Shown: positions 10,520 through 20,573, numbered from the stretch's first letter. The stretch is DNA of 64,000 nucleotides from an uncultured delta proteobacterium (GCA_963847445.1 CAWJZV010000046.1:64001-128000), one strand, 5' to 3'. Notes: generated by a model from the letters alone, not told the origin. Numbers and translations: made by a program.

Positions 10520-11012
10520 TCAGTAAATGCCCAGGGCCAATCCCGCTGCTAGCGTGGCGCCGATTTCTTCGCAGCGTTGGAGATCGAACTCGCCGATCTG
10601 TTTCTTCGCCAAGATCTCGTCGGGCGTTTGCGCGTAGGTGCAGACGATTATTGGCTCGGCGATCGGCTTTCAAGCGCCAACCGGCGGCGATGCGCTGAAT
10701 CTGCCGGGCGGCGTTCTCACCGTCGCTGCCGGCGCAAATCATCGTCGCGTAGGGGCGGCCGACGATGCGGTCGAAGGCCGGGTAATAGGTGCGGTCGAAG
10801 AAGTCTTTCATGACCCCTGACATCATCGCGAGGTTCTCCGGCGTGGCGAAGATGTAGCCGTCGGCCTGGAGCAGCTCGCTTGGGCCGGCTTCGCCGGCGT
10901 GGATGAGATTCACCGCCACGTCCGGCTCGCTCTGAGCACCGCTGGCGGCGGCCTGGGCCATCTGAAAAGTGCCGCTGGTCATGGAGTGAAAGACGATGAG
11001 AAGTTTTTTCAT
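10520..11012 (-). CDS. Flavodoxin-family (WrbA-like) protein, frameshift near 3' end
   Basis: LLIVFHSMTSGT, ADGYIFATPEN, MKDFFDR, AGSDG; C-terminus ...CEEIGATLAAGLALGIY* in another frame. Confidence 0.85.
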
Positions 11013-11024
11013 TGGGAGGGATTT

Positions 11025-11144
11025 AACCACAAAGGGCACAAAGTTCACATAGGAAGAAGAGTCGGATTCGGAGTGTTGGCCGCAAAGAACGCAAATAACG
11101 CAAAAGGATTTCCGAAAAGTAGGGGCGGGTTTGAAACCCGCCCT
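11025..11144 (+). repeat. Composite repeat: CACAAAG arm, CGCAAAG arm, GTAG-type REP hairpin
   Basis: CACAAAGGG CACAAAGTT CACATAG (11028-11052); CGCAAAGAA CGCAAATAA CGCAAAA (11081-11105); GTAGGGGCGGGTTTGAAACCCGCCCT (11119-11144). Confidence 0.85.
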
Positions 11145-11186
11145 TTTTAATCGCCATTGTTCGTAGAAGCAAGGCGTGCTTTGCCA

Positions 11187-12114
11187 TTAGGAAAGGCTCG
11201 CGATGAGATTATCGATGAAACCTTCGTCGTCCAATTCTTTTAGCCAGTGCAGATCCCAGAGCGTCAGCGGATTTTCCACCGTCGGGCCGTATTCCTGGGC
11301 GGCGATTTCGTCGGTGTTCACGATCGCTTCGATGGTCGGGTAGGGTTTGACTTGCAAAAGCTCGGCGATGGAGTCGACCTGGCGGCGCAGTTCGCCGTGG
11401 TCGGTGAGCTGCATCAGGCGCATCGGTTCCTCGGCGATGATTTCCATGGCTTCGTCGCGCCGGTAAATCAACAGCGCGAGCGCGTGGATCACGGCTTTGA
11501 GGTAATCCTTCATCAACGCCGAGTTGTTTCTGCCGAACTCGGCAAGACACGCCTGCGCGAACAGGCTGACGATTTCCGCTTCGCTGGCGGGAAAGGTTTT
11601 GAGCCCGGCAGCGATGGCGGCGGGCAGATAAATCGGCGCCATGAAGCAGGCGGCGCATTCGCCGCTGACGACCTTGCGCCACTGCTGCCAGCGGCCGACT
11701 TCTTTGTCAGGCACGATGATCGTCTTGACCGAGTTCTCCAGTCCTACCTTGCGCAGCCACAGAGTGATGCGGTGCGGCCGGCCGAGATCGCGCACGGCCA
11801 TAGTTTTGCCTTTGAGATCGTCGAGGGAGTTAAATGACTGCGGCACGACCAACTTGCAGGCCGCGCTGAATCTGCGGCGCGCAGAATAGCGTGGTCTTTT
11901 TACCTTTGGCTGCTTCGGTGTGGAGATACTCGATATGCTCGATGATCACGTCGCAGGCATGATCGAACAACGCCGCTTCGAACTCGCGCTGCGGTTCGAT
12001 GTGAACGACTTCGACATGGACGCCGTAGTGGCGTTCGGCCAGGGCTTTGATGCAGTAAATAACCGGCGTGCGGTCGTGGTCGCGGTAGGCGAGGCGGATG
12101 GTGCGCATGGTCAT
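11187..12114 (-). CDS. NMT1/SsuA-like solute-binding-fold protein without an evident signal peptide (frameshifted)
   Basis: ORFs 11830..12174 and 11187..11852 join; SLDDLKGKTMAV, YLKAVIHA, KPYPT, LKELDDEGFID. Confidence 0.7.
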
Positions 12115-12152
12115 TTCGTTCGACAGCCGAGCTGATTCAAAGATACTATCGT

Positions 12153-12278
12153 CGCAAAGGCGCAAAGCGCGCAAAGTGACGGGCGATGCCCGTCATCCCG
12201 AGGGAACACGAGGGATCTGAGATAGATTTCTCCCAAGGGTCGAAATGACAAAGATTCCGAGCTCGGCATTTTTGCGGG
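12153..12278. repeat. CGCAAAG arm enclosing a GTCAT...ATGAC double-hairpin element
   Basis: CGCAAAGG CGCAAAGCG CGCAAAG; GTCATCCCGAGGGAACACGAGGGATCT...AGATTTCTCCCAAGGGTCGAAATGAC (12192-12249); decayed right arm TTTGCGGGA. Confidence 0.75.
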
Positions 12279-12310
12279 AAATATTTCTTCGATGCCGTGC
12301 GCGAGTATTC

Positions 12311-13045
12311 TTAAAACGGCCCCACCGGCACGCCGGGCCATGATTTGAGCAGCTCGCCGTAGCCCGCGATGTTGTACCGTAGCCCGAGCTTGGAAAGCAC
12401 CAGCCAGAGCATCGCCGGGTTGCTGGCGACGATGGGCAGTTTCAATTCGTGTTCGAGTTTTTCGAGAATCGGTATCGGATCGAGCAGGGCGCCTTGGAAA
12501 TAGATGGCGTCGACGTTGGGGTATTCGCTCAATGCTTTTCGGGTCATGTCTTCGACGTCGCTCGACGTGAGCTTTTGCGCGTCGGTGTGGGCGCGCAGGA
12601 TTTGCGGCGGATAGAACGATTCGATTTCGAATGCCGCGAGGTAGTCGTAGTACATTTTCTTCAACCGGTCGTCCACCGGTGTCATGAGCAAGAGTTTTCG
12701 CGCGGAAAAGGTTTTGAGCGCCGCTACCGATGAGCGTAACGCCAAGGTGACTGGCACCTTCAACGCCGTTGTGACTTGCTCCCACATGCCGGGGTTGAGC
12801 GCTTCCTTGGGCGCGCCGCTGATAATCAGGCCGTGCCAGTCGTTGGTTTCAATGAGCTGGCGCGATTGCTCGATCAACGCATCGACCTTGCCCTGGGCAT
12901 CGTAGAGTGACGTATGGGTGCCGGATTCCTGCATGAAAGTGAAGTCGATGTCCGCGGGAATGAACTTCTTGAAGCTCGCGTGGTGCGGGCTCGACGGCGC
13001 GCTGGAGCCGAGGAAACCGATTTTAGTCGGTGCGGTTTGAGACAT
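12311..13045 (-). CDS. Asp/Glu racemase-superfamily protein (maleate isomerase/arylmalonate decarboxylase-like)
   Basis: VPVT...VAALKTFSARKLLLMTP, DAIYFQG, LEHELKLPIVASNPAMLW, AGYGELL. Confidence 0.8.
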   Translation of the reverse strand: MSQTAPTKIGFLGSSAPSSPHHASFKKFIPADIDFTFMQESGTHTSLYDAQGKVDALIEQSRQLIETNDWHGLIISGAPKEALNPGMWEQVTTALKVPVTLALRSSVAALKTFSARKLLLMTPVDDRLKKMYYDYLAAFEIESFYPPQILRAHTDAQKLTSSDVEDMTRKALSEYPNVDAIYFQGALLDPIPILEKLEHELKLPIVASNPAMLWLVLSKLGLRYNIAGYGELLKSWPGVPVGPF

Positions 13046-13112
13046 GGATTCCTCCGAGGTTCAGAGCGTAAAATCTTAAGCCTCTACGGTTATATGGCGG
13101 TCAATTCGCTTC

Positions 13113-13298
13113 CTACTGTTCCGAGGCCAGCGAGCCGCGCACGCCCCAGTCTTCTTTCGGAGTGTCATGGAATAGAATATTCAGCGACTCGGGTTTGATG
13201 TTGGCGACTTCGGCGAAGTCCTTGGAGATACGTTTGACCAGCTCGTTTTTCTGTTCCTTGGTCTTGCCGGGAAACATGTAGATGTGGACGACGGGCAT
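13113..13298 (-). CDS. 4-oxalocrotonate tautomerase-family protein
   Basis: 61 aa, catalytic Pro-1 (MPVVHI), GKTKEQK, WGVRG; GGAGG RBS. Confidence 0.9.
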   Translation of the reverse strand: MPVVHIYMFPGKTKEQKNELVKRISKDFAEVANIKPESLNILFHDTPKEDWGVRGSLASEQ

Positions 13299-13554
13299 AT
13301 GAACCTCCCTGTGCGGCGAATGGCCTAGCCATATGCAAGGGCGCGCCGAAAGGCAATAGAAAAGTAGCGCTGCGATGCTTGACAGCTGCGGGCGGTTGGG
13401 ATGATGATGCGATCCAATAAACGAGGCATTGCGCGTACGAGGTGTTAATCCCGCACGCGACCAAAGGGGAGGCTCGCTCGCTTTGGATTATCATTTTAAT
13501 GGCGCCCTGCAGCAAGTTGCGGGGAATGTTTAGATTCAATCTCGGAGCGGATTT

Positions 13555-13743
13555 ATGGAAAGAACTCTAGTTACCTGGCTGGGTTTTTCGCTATCGGAAC
13601 GGCTCTCGTTCCTGATCAAGTCGGGCGTGTTTCTGTCGATCTGCGGCGCCACGCTGTTTGTCGCCTTGGCGTCGAGCTATCCAGCGGTGCACGACACCCT
13701 GCACAATGTCCGCCACGCCCTCGCCGTGGTTCCTTGTCACTAA
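13555..13743 (+). CDS. cbtB: CbtB-domain small membrane protein (putative cobalt transporter subunit)
   Basis: One TM helix, then VHDTLHNVRHALAVVPCH, the His-rich CbtB C-terminus. Confidence 0.8.
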   Translation: MERTLVTWLGFSLSERLSFLIKSGVFLSICGATLFVALASSYPAVHDTLHNVRHALAVVPCH

Positions 13744-14729
13744 AAGCGCTTGCGGCATCCGCCGGTTTCGTCGTCGTCTTACTCTTTGGCGTTGTTGCCG
13801 GCGCCGAAGAATTTAATATTTTTCTTAAGACGACGCCTAAAATAGAACTGCTGCGGCCGTTTGCCGATCCGGTGAATCTTTCTCTGCTGGTGACCCATGC
13901 GGATGGCCGGCCGGTGGCGCAGGGCAAGGTCGCGATCGTCCTTGACGCGCCGAAGCCCGGCGCCTTCCTATCCACCGATTTTCCCCTGGTCGAAGGCAGC
14001 CGCTTGCTCGAGTTGGACTTGCCGCTGCGCCGGGGACGCGCCGAGTGGAAATACCTTTTTCCGATTCGCGGCAATTATCGGCTGTCGGTCAATTTCGTCG
14101 CTGCCGATGGTCAAGGGACGATCAAGGATTTTCCAATTCCTGTGCTGGAGGAGCGCCAGAAGTGGCTTTGGCTCGGGCTTTTTTGCGCCGGATTGTTTCT
14201 AGTTGGTTTCATCGCCGGGCGGATATTTACCACACCCGGCCCGGGCGGGATGACAACGGCATTGCTGGCGCTGTCACTGGCCGTCGTCGGCAGCGTCGGC
14301 GGACATGACCCGGCGTCGCCGACACAAGATGTTTCGAACCCGCAGAGCGCGCTGGAAATCGATGGCGCGGTCGTCGGCAAGTTAACCGGTCTGCGCTGGC
14401 GTTCGACCGATGCTCCTGTGGTCAACAGGCAACTGTCGTTAACGATCACTCATCTGGAAAAGCGCAAGACCATGTTTGCCGTCGACAAGGTGCTGGTGGC
14501 GGGTGAGTTCGACTTGAAGTTTCACTATCCCGATGGCGCGGAGTATCGCGTGAATGCCGTTGCCGAGGCCCCCGGCCAAGCGCCGGTTCGCGCCGAGCGA
14601 TTGGTGGCGGTTACCGGTGTCGAGCCGGCGCTGGCAGCGCAAATTCCCGCGCTAGTGTTTTTTCTGGCGGTGATCGCGCTTGGTCTGGGCGCCGGCCGTT
14701 TAAGCTTGCGCTATCGTCGTAGCTGCTAG
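13734..14729 (+). CDS. Uncharacterised membrane protein with internal duplication
   Basis: Overlaps the cbtB stop; signal peptide, then two similar beta-rich domain + TM units ending in AGR. Confidence 0.7.
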   Translation: MSLKALAASAGFVVVLLFGVVAGAEEFNIFLKTTPKIELLRPFADPVNLSLLVTHADGRPVAQGKVAIVLDAPKPGAFLSTDFPLVEGSRLLELDLPLRRGRAEWKYLFPIRGNYRLSVNFVAADGQGTIKDFPIPVLEERQKWLWLGLFCAGLFLVGFIAGRIFTTPGPGGMTTALLALSLAVVGSVGGHDPASPTQDVSNPQSALEIDGAVVGKLTGLRWRSTDAPVVNRQLSLTITHLEKRKTMFAVDKVLVAGEFDLKFHYPDGAEYRVNAVAEAPGQAPVRAERLVAVTGVEPALAAQIPALVFFLAVIALGLGAGRLSLRYRRSC

Positions 14730-14769
14730 CGGAGTGTCTCACGCTGTCAGTCGTTCGTCTGGATTGACT

Positions 14770-14948
14770 CTCCACGAAGGTTACGAAGGTTTGGCATGAG
14801 CCAATCTGCCGGTACAACGCGCCACCGTTGCCAATCAGAGAGGGCGGGTTTCAACCCCGCCCTTACGACTTTTTTGCGCCCTTTGCGTTCTTTGCGGCCA
14901 TTCTTCTCTTCGGTTGCGGCTTCGCTGCGCTAGGCTCTCTGTGGTGAA
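14770..14948 (-). repeat. Composite repeat, reverse-complement counterpart of 11025..11144
   Basis: AGGGCGGGTTTCAACCCCGCCCTTAC (14841-14866); TTTGCGCC CTTTGCGTT CTTTGCGGCCA; CTCTGTGGTGAA; left CCACGAAGGTTACGAAG. Confidence 0.8.
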
Positions 14949-15066
14949 GCCTTTTCCGGTCGATCGAGGTTAATAGTTATGTCGAAGTATCGGTGCCTTG
15001 ATTTAAGAGCCGCTTCACTCGCGGATGAAACTTCGTTGGTGGTGGGAAATCCGGACAGAGCAAGCG

Positions 15067-15507
15067 TTAGCGCTGTTCAAGAATGGCTTTCAGCCGCGTG
15101 AGATCCTTCTGGTTCGCTTTGCGCATGGCTCTGGCCATGAACGGGGCGACGAGTTTGGCGAAGCCGGTGGGATTGCCGCGGTTACGCAGGGTCATGCGCG
15201 TGCTGCCGTCGGTGATGGTCTCCCAGGTGTAGCTGGTTTCCATGGCGAACGGTCCGTGCGACGTGCGCATGACTAACCGCTTGCCCGGAACCAGTTCGGC
15301 GATCTCGTAGGTATAGGCCAACCGGCGGCCGAGGAAGTGGGCGACGAAGGCGAGTTGCGAGCCGACACGCATGGGCGGCGAGGTTCGCCACTCGACCAAT
15401 TTAATATTGACGTACCACTGAGGCGCGTTGTCGGGATTGCCGGCGTAGGCAGCGACCTGCTCGCGTGGGCGACGAATCACGATCTCGGTTACAACATCTA
15501 CAGCCAT
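15067..15507 (-). CDS. SRPBCC (START-like) family protein
   Basis: IVIRRPREQV...PDNAPQW...C-terminal helix DLTRLKAILE. Confidence 0.85.
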   Translation of the reverse strand: MAVDVVTEIVIRRPREQVAAYAGNPDNAPQWYVNIKLVEWRTSPPMRVGSQLAFVAHFLGRRLAYTYEIAELVPGKRLVMRTSHGPFAMETSYTWETITDGSTRMTLRNRGNPTGFAKLVAPFMARAMRKANQKDLTRLKAILEQR

Positions 15508-15579
15508 CGGTTTTTCTTGTTCGATCTGCGATTTGGCAATTCAAGCACTAAGGCGGGCTACGGGTTCTTTAGAACGCTA

Positions 15580-16441
15580 TCAATCGCAATACCGGCCCAG
15601 CACGTTGGGACCGTCCAAGACGCATTGGAGCGGTTCGTATAACTCGCCGCTGTGGATGCTCGCCAACTCGACGCGGCCGAGATGGGGCGCTGAGCGTTGG
15701 TGGCGGCTCTCGCTCTCATAGCTCGCCGGTTCGACCAAAAAGGGTCAGCAGATGGTTCGCCAGTTCGATGCGCGAAATGACTCGCGTGGCCGAGACATGG
15801 CGAATGCCGGCTTCGCCGCTCTCGGCCATCCGCATCACGCGCAATGCCAAATCATGGGCCCAAACCACCGAGCGATATTCGTCGTGAACTATGGTCACCG
15901 GCAGATTCTTGCCGATGCGATAGCGCAGCCAATCCCAGTGGCCGGTGCGACCATTGGGCGATGGACCGATCGCCAAACCGACGCGGATGACCAACGAGCC
16001 GGGCCGGGCCAGAACCATTGCTTCGGCCTCCACCCGCGTTCTGCCGTAAACGCTGATCGGACAGGGCCGCGAGTCTTCATCGTAGACACCGTCGCCGCCA
16101 AAGACGTGATCGGAGGAGACGTAGACGAGCCGCGTTTTGTCCGGCAATGCGTCGAGCACCCGTTTGAGATAAACGATATTCACTTCGCGCGCCCAATCGG
16201 GTGCGACTTCGCAGCGCGGCACATCGCACACCGCATGGCACTGAATGAATAATTCGGGTTGGTGCTGTTCAAAAACCGTCGCCGGCCACGCCGGATCTTC
16301 CAGATTCAACACCGGCCATCGGCGGATGGTCTTCGCCCGGTTGGCGCGGGTGACAAACGGCAAAACCGTGTCGGGGAACAAATTGGCGATGCCATAGCCG
16401 AGGATCGACGTGGCGCCGAAAAGCAGGGTGGAGGGGGGCAT
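15580..16441 (-). CDS. RmlD-like extended SDR (sugar-nucleotide reductase family), frameshift near 3' end
   Basis: LLFGATSILG, YVSSDHVFGG, PISVYGRTRVEAE; C-terminus continues in another frame to TGA at 15580. Confidence 0.75.
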
Positions 16442-16452
16442 TGAGCCTAAAC

Positions 16453-16713
16453 TTATGCTGGCGATTTACTCGGATGATTCTTCTGGTCGTGATTTTTCGC
16501 GTTGAGGATTGCTTCGCCCCGCGAGGTTAACACTACCTGCGGATCGTTAGGTTGTCGATTGATCTCGATCAACCCCTCGATAATCGCGTCTTCCCAAATC
16601 GTCTGTCTCGGACAGTGGCTCTGCCACGCTTCCATGGCTTCGTCGTAGGTGCGCGGGCGATTTGCTACCCAGGAAAGAAACTCTAACATCAGAAGATCCT
16701 GCGATTCCGCCAT
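16453..16713 (-). CDS. Small hypothetical protein (possible winged-helix)
   Basis: 86-aa ORF in operon orientation: RPRTYDEAMEAWQSHCPRQTIWEDA, VLTSRGEAIL. Confidence 0.65.
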   Translation of the reverse strand: MAESQDLLMLEFLSWVANRPRTYDEAMEAWQSHCPRQTIWEDAIIEGLIEINRQPNDPQVVLTSRGEAILNAKNHDQKNHPSKSPA

Positions 16714-16742
16714 GGCCTTATTAAGTTTAGAAAACCCTACGA

Positions 16743-17714
16743 TTACTTTCCATACAACTTTGCAATATAGCCACTTTTGTCGATTTCTTCGATCAGGCTT
16801 CCATCCATCACATCTTTTGCAAGCGTCAGTTTGGACTTCGGCGATTTGACCGAATCCATGACCGCTTGCACGCCTTTGGCTTCGGGGAACGGTCGTTCGC
16901 GCATGGCGGCGGCGACTCTCGGGTAGCTGTACTCAGGGCCTTTGATGCCTTCGGCGCGGAGGACGGACATCGCCAGCTCTTTGTTGGTCTTGAAGACGTG
17001 AATGCCTTCGATCAATCCCTCGACGAATTTGCTCAAGAGTTCACGTTTGCTGCGCAAGAATTGGGTCGGCACAACCTGGCCGAAGCGGGCGTAGTCGATG
17101 GGCAGTTCCAACATGTCGACCATGACGCGGCAGCAGCCGGAATCGGTGATGATCGGCACGTCGTAGGTGCCGAGCAACGTGCCGTGCAGTTGGCCGGCGA
17201 TCATGGCCGGAACGCGGGTTGTTCCCGTCGCTTGAATAATGCGCACGTCCTTTTCCGGATCGAGGTTGAACTGGCGCAGCAGCATGCGGGTGGTGACATC
17301 CGATGACGAACCGAAGCGGCTGATGGCAACTTGTTTGCCCTTTAGATCTTCCGGCGTCTTGATGTCGTTGCGCACGACGAAGGCGAAGGGGAAACGATTG
17401 ATATAGACACTGATCAGTTTGCCATCTAACGCGCCGACGGACACGGCATTCAACATGGCCGGTACGTCGGAGTCGGCCAGGTCCAGGTCGCCGCCGACCA
17501 TCGCCTGCGCCATGGTCGCGCCGCTGGTGAAATAAATCAGCCGCACGTCGAGGCCGCGCTTCTTCCAGAGTCCGGCGCGCTCGATGGTCTTGTGCAGATT
17601 CTTCGCCACGCCGGTGCCGCTGTAGCCGACGCGGACGAGTTGTTGGGCGGGGGTGGGGGATGCGATGAGCAGCGCTACGAATAAGCTCGGTAGTAAATAC
17701 TTGACTTGCAGCAT
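16743..17714 (-). CDS. NMT1/SsuA-like ABC substrate-binding protein (orphan)
   Basis: Signal peptide, GLWKKRGLDV, IKTPEDLKGKQVAISRFGSSSD, LDPEKDV. Confidence 0.9.
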   Translation of the reverse strand: MLQVKYLLPSLFVALLIASPTPAQQLVRVGYSGTGVAKNLHKTIERAGLWKKRGLDVRLIYFTSGATMAQAMVGGDLDLADSDVPAMLNAVSVGALDGKLISVYINRFPFAFVVRNDIKTPEDLKGKQVAISRFGSSSDVTTRMLLRQFNLDPEKDVRIIQATGTTRVPAMIAGQLHGTLLGTYDVPIITDSGCCRVMVDMLELPIDYARFGQVVPTQFLRSKRELLSKFVEGLIEGIHVFKTNKELAMSVLRAEGIKGPEYSYPRVAAAMRERPFPEAKGVQAVMDSVKSPKSKLTLAKDVMDGSLIEEIDKSGYIAKLYGK

Positions 17715-17726
17715 CGTTGTTCCTTT

Positions 17727-17798
17727 TCGTAAGGGGTAAGGGTAGAGTCAGGAGTTCGGATCCGAAACGCCTCACCCTTTACCCTTTACGCCTCACGA
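17727..17798. repeat. Inverted 7-mer arms (GTAAGGG/CCTTTAC type)
   Basis: CGTAAGG GGTAAGG ... CAGGAGTTCGGATC ... CCTCACC CTTTACC CTTTACG CCTCACG; the last unit contains the UbiD stop codon. Confidence 0.75.
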
Positions 17799-19204
17799 AA
17801 AAAACTTCCCATACTTCTTCACCGCCAACTCTTTCATCTCCTCACTCGATCCGGAGACTTTTGGATAGTCCTTCATCCACTCGTAGGGCCGGGTGGCGTC
17901 GATGACGGCGCGGCTGCTGAAGCCTTTGCGTATCTTTCGGGATCACCGGGTCGAGGGGGCCGCTCCAGGCGCGCCGGATGAAGTCGGTGTCGGCCTGGGG
18001 ATCGGAGCGTGTGCACATGGCCCAGGTGACGTCATTGAGATCGTAGGGGTCGATATCGTCATCGACGACGACGATGTAACGGCCCAGATAGGCGCCGGCG
18101 CCGCATTGGGCCGCGACAAAGCCGGCTTGCTTGGCGTGGCCGGGGTAGCGCTGCTTGATCGATACGGCAGTGAAAAAACGCCCTTGAAAGCAGGCGACGC
18201 CGCGAATATCCGGCACGCCGGCTTTTTCCATGTGATCCCAGATGAACGCCGAGCGCATCAGGTTGTCGTCCGAACCGGCGGGCGGCCGCGACGACGGGCG
18301 CGCCGGTGAGGATCGGATTGTTGCGGTGCATCAAGCGCTTCACCTTGATGATCGGCTCGGTGCGCTCGCCGCTGGCGTAGTAGCCGGTCCATTCGCCGTA
18401 GGGCCCCTCGGGGAGCTGGTTGTCCGGATAGCATTCGCCTTCGATGGTGATTTCCGAAAACGCCGGGATCGGCAGACCGGTGTGTTTGCCGATGACGACA
18501 TCGATGGCTTGGCCGCGGATGCCGCCGGCATATTCATATTCTGACTTGCCCCAGGGCAGGCTGTTGGCCGCGGCGGTGAGCAGCAGCGGATCGTCGCCGA
18601 AGCTGATGGCCACCGGGCAGGGCCGGCCCTGATCGAAATATTTTTGCCGGATGATGCGGCCTTGTTTTCCCGGCGAAATGTAAAGCGCCAGGGTATCTTT
18701 GTCGTGCACCATGACGCGGTAGCAGCCGATGTTGACCCAGCCCTCGTCCATGTCGCGGGTGATGACGAGATGGGCGGTGCCCATGTAGCGGCCGCCGTCG
18801 CCTTCATGCCAATGGGGCACGGGCAGCGACAGCAGGTCAATGTCCTTGCCTTCGTAAACATTTTCCATCACCGGGCCGCTGTCGACGACCCGCGGCGGAA
18901 TATAGGTCGGGTTGTTCAAACGCTGGCGCCAAGCCTGGATGAAGCGATTGCGGTCGTAATCGACGGGCAAATGCGTCGTCAGACACTGGCGCTTGAGCGA
19001 CTGATGGTGCACGCCGACGAGCACCCGGTGGCCGGCGGGATAATCCTTGATCTTGTCGAACAGGATCGCCGAATAGGGCGGATTGCGCGCGTAAACTTCC
19101 GCCACCGCGCCCATTTCATATTTCCAGTCGCAGCCTTCGACGGTGCGCAACTCGCCGAACTCGTCGACCTTTTGCATCCAGCCGCGTAGATCGTTGTAAA
19201 GCAT
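17793..19204 (-). CDS. UbiD-family (prFMN-dependent) decarboxylase, two frameshifts
   Basis: DGGRY, NIGCYR, EGPYGEWTGYY, VVVDDDIDP, WAMCTR, IDATRP. Confidence 0.9.
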
Positions 19205-19224
19205 CTTTCAATCCTTCCTTCGGA

Positions 19225-19263
19225 GTTCAAGCCGATCAAAACGTTCAAATAGTTCAAACCGTT
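19225..19263 (+). repeat. Four tandem 9-mers GTTCAAnnn
   Basis: GTTCAAGCC GATCAAAAC GTTCAAATA GTTCAAACC GTT. Confidence 0.8.
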
Positions 19264-19439
19264 TTCGGAGGTTCCGGAAATGAGCTGACCCTATTGAACC
19301 TCATTAACGTAATTAGATTTTTCGATAAAGCTCCGCTTTCATCTTGCTAGTCAATCCGTTCTTCGCCAACTTGGCCTCAAAGGCGGCACGAAATTTATTC
19401 CAGGTAGTCGTTGCATCACTTACTCCCGCGCCGCGCCGC

Positions 19440-20573
19440 TCAATTGACTTCGGGAATCTTATACAGCTTTGCCGCGTTGACCGACAGAATCTGCCGCTGC
19501 TCAATTTCGCTCATTCCCGCCAGGCCTTTTGTCACATGCTTTCTGGTATCTGGCCAGCTCGAATCCGCCGCGGGAAAGTGGGTCGACCAAAGAATGTTGT
19601 CTATGCCTATATGCGGCGCATTGATCTTAGCTTGGTCATACCAGGTGGTCAGATAACATTGGCGATGAAACATTTCCGATGGTTTCAACGGATAATCGCA
19701 GTGGTCTTGCTCGTATTGGTGATCGGCATATTCGAGTAAGAATGTGCCCCAGCCGATGGTGCTCCCGGCGAAAACGACTTTGAGCCTGGGAAAGCGCAGC
19801 AGAATGCGCGAGAAAAGTATGTTGGTGAGATCGAATACCGCGCTGGCCGAGCGCGTCGCCGACTGCATCGCCGCGGCCAACTCCGGCGCCAGGTTTGGCG
19901 GAATGGGAAATTGAAATAATTCCGGTGTCGAGCCGGCGCGGAAACAGAGAGGCACCTCTAACTCTTGGCATGTCGCCCATACCGGATCGTAATCGGCGTT
20001 ATTGATGTGCGGCATAGCGCCAAGCTGCATAGGCGCGGCGGGGAAAATTACGCCGCAGTGGCCGCGGCCGACGGCACGGCGGATTTCCGCGACAGTGGCG
20101 TCGATGGGCGACAAGGGCACGATGCACTGGGGGATGAAGCGCTTACTGACGGTCGCCCACTCGTCGATCAGCCAGTCATTGTAGGCCTGGACGCAGGCTT
20201 CGGCCAATGTCGGATCAGCGAGCGCGCCAAAACGCTCCCCGGAAAATCCCGCGAGGCTGGGATAGAGCACACTGTGGCCGATGCCATCCTCGTCCATCGC
20301 TTTGAGGCGCGCCGCGGCATCGTAAGCTGCGTTTGGGATGTCGTCCCATTGTTTCGCCGTCGCGACACGGTCGGGCAACAGGGCGCCGACATCGACCGAT
20401 TGCCCAAGCGCATACGCTCGTCCGTCGACAATCCAGCGGTCAACCCCGCCGGCGCTGCGTTCGATGTGGGGAATACGCGCGCCGAACTTCAGCTTCGACA
20501 ACCGCTCGGTCCAAAGCGCCGGCGGCTCGATGACTTGATCGACGGCGCTGATGATGTGATTCTGTGAGTTCAT
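19440..20573 (-). CDS. Amidohydrolase_2-family protein with replaced metal ligands
   Basis: RLKAMDEDGI, AYNDWL, RFPRLKVV, PSEMFHRQ, NAAKLY; usual DxH/H/E/D positions are substituted. Confidence 0.85.
   Translation of the reverse strand: MNSQNHIISAVDQVIEPPALWTERLSKLKFGARIPHIERSAGGVDRWIVDGRAYALGQSVDVGALLPDRVATAKQWDDIPNAAYDAAARLKAMDEDGIGHSVLYPSLAGFSGERFGALADPTLAEACVQAYNDWLIDEWATVSKRFIPQCIVPLSPIDATVAEIRRAVGRGHCGVIFPAAPMQLGAMPHINNADYDPVWATCQELEVPLCFRAGSTPELFQFPIPPNLAPELAAAMQSATRSASAVFDLTNILFSRILLRFPRLKVVFAGSTIGWGTFLLEYADHQYEQDHCDYPLKPSEMFHRQCYLTTWYDQAKINAPHIGIDNILWSTHFPAADSSWPDTRKHVTKGLAGMSEIEQRQILSVNAAKLYKIPEVN

Noticed and set aside
9538-10698. Long antisense ORFs (e.g. 9538..10698, 33499..34407, 43820..44689, 32133..33041)
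   Set aside because: They shadow well-supported genes on the opposite strand, as expected in GC-rich DNA, and carry no recognisable motifs.
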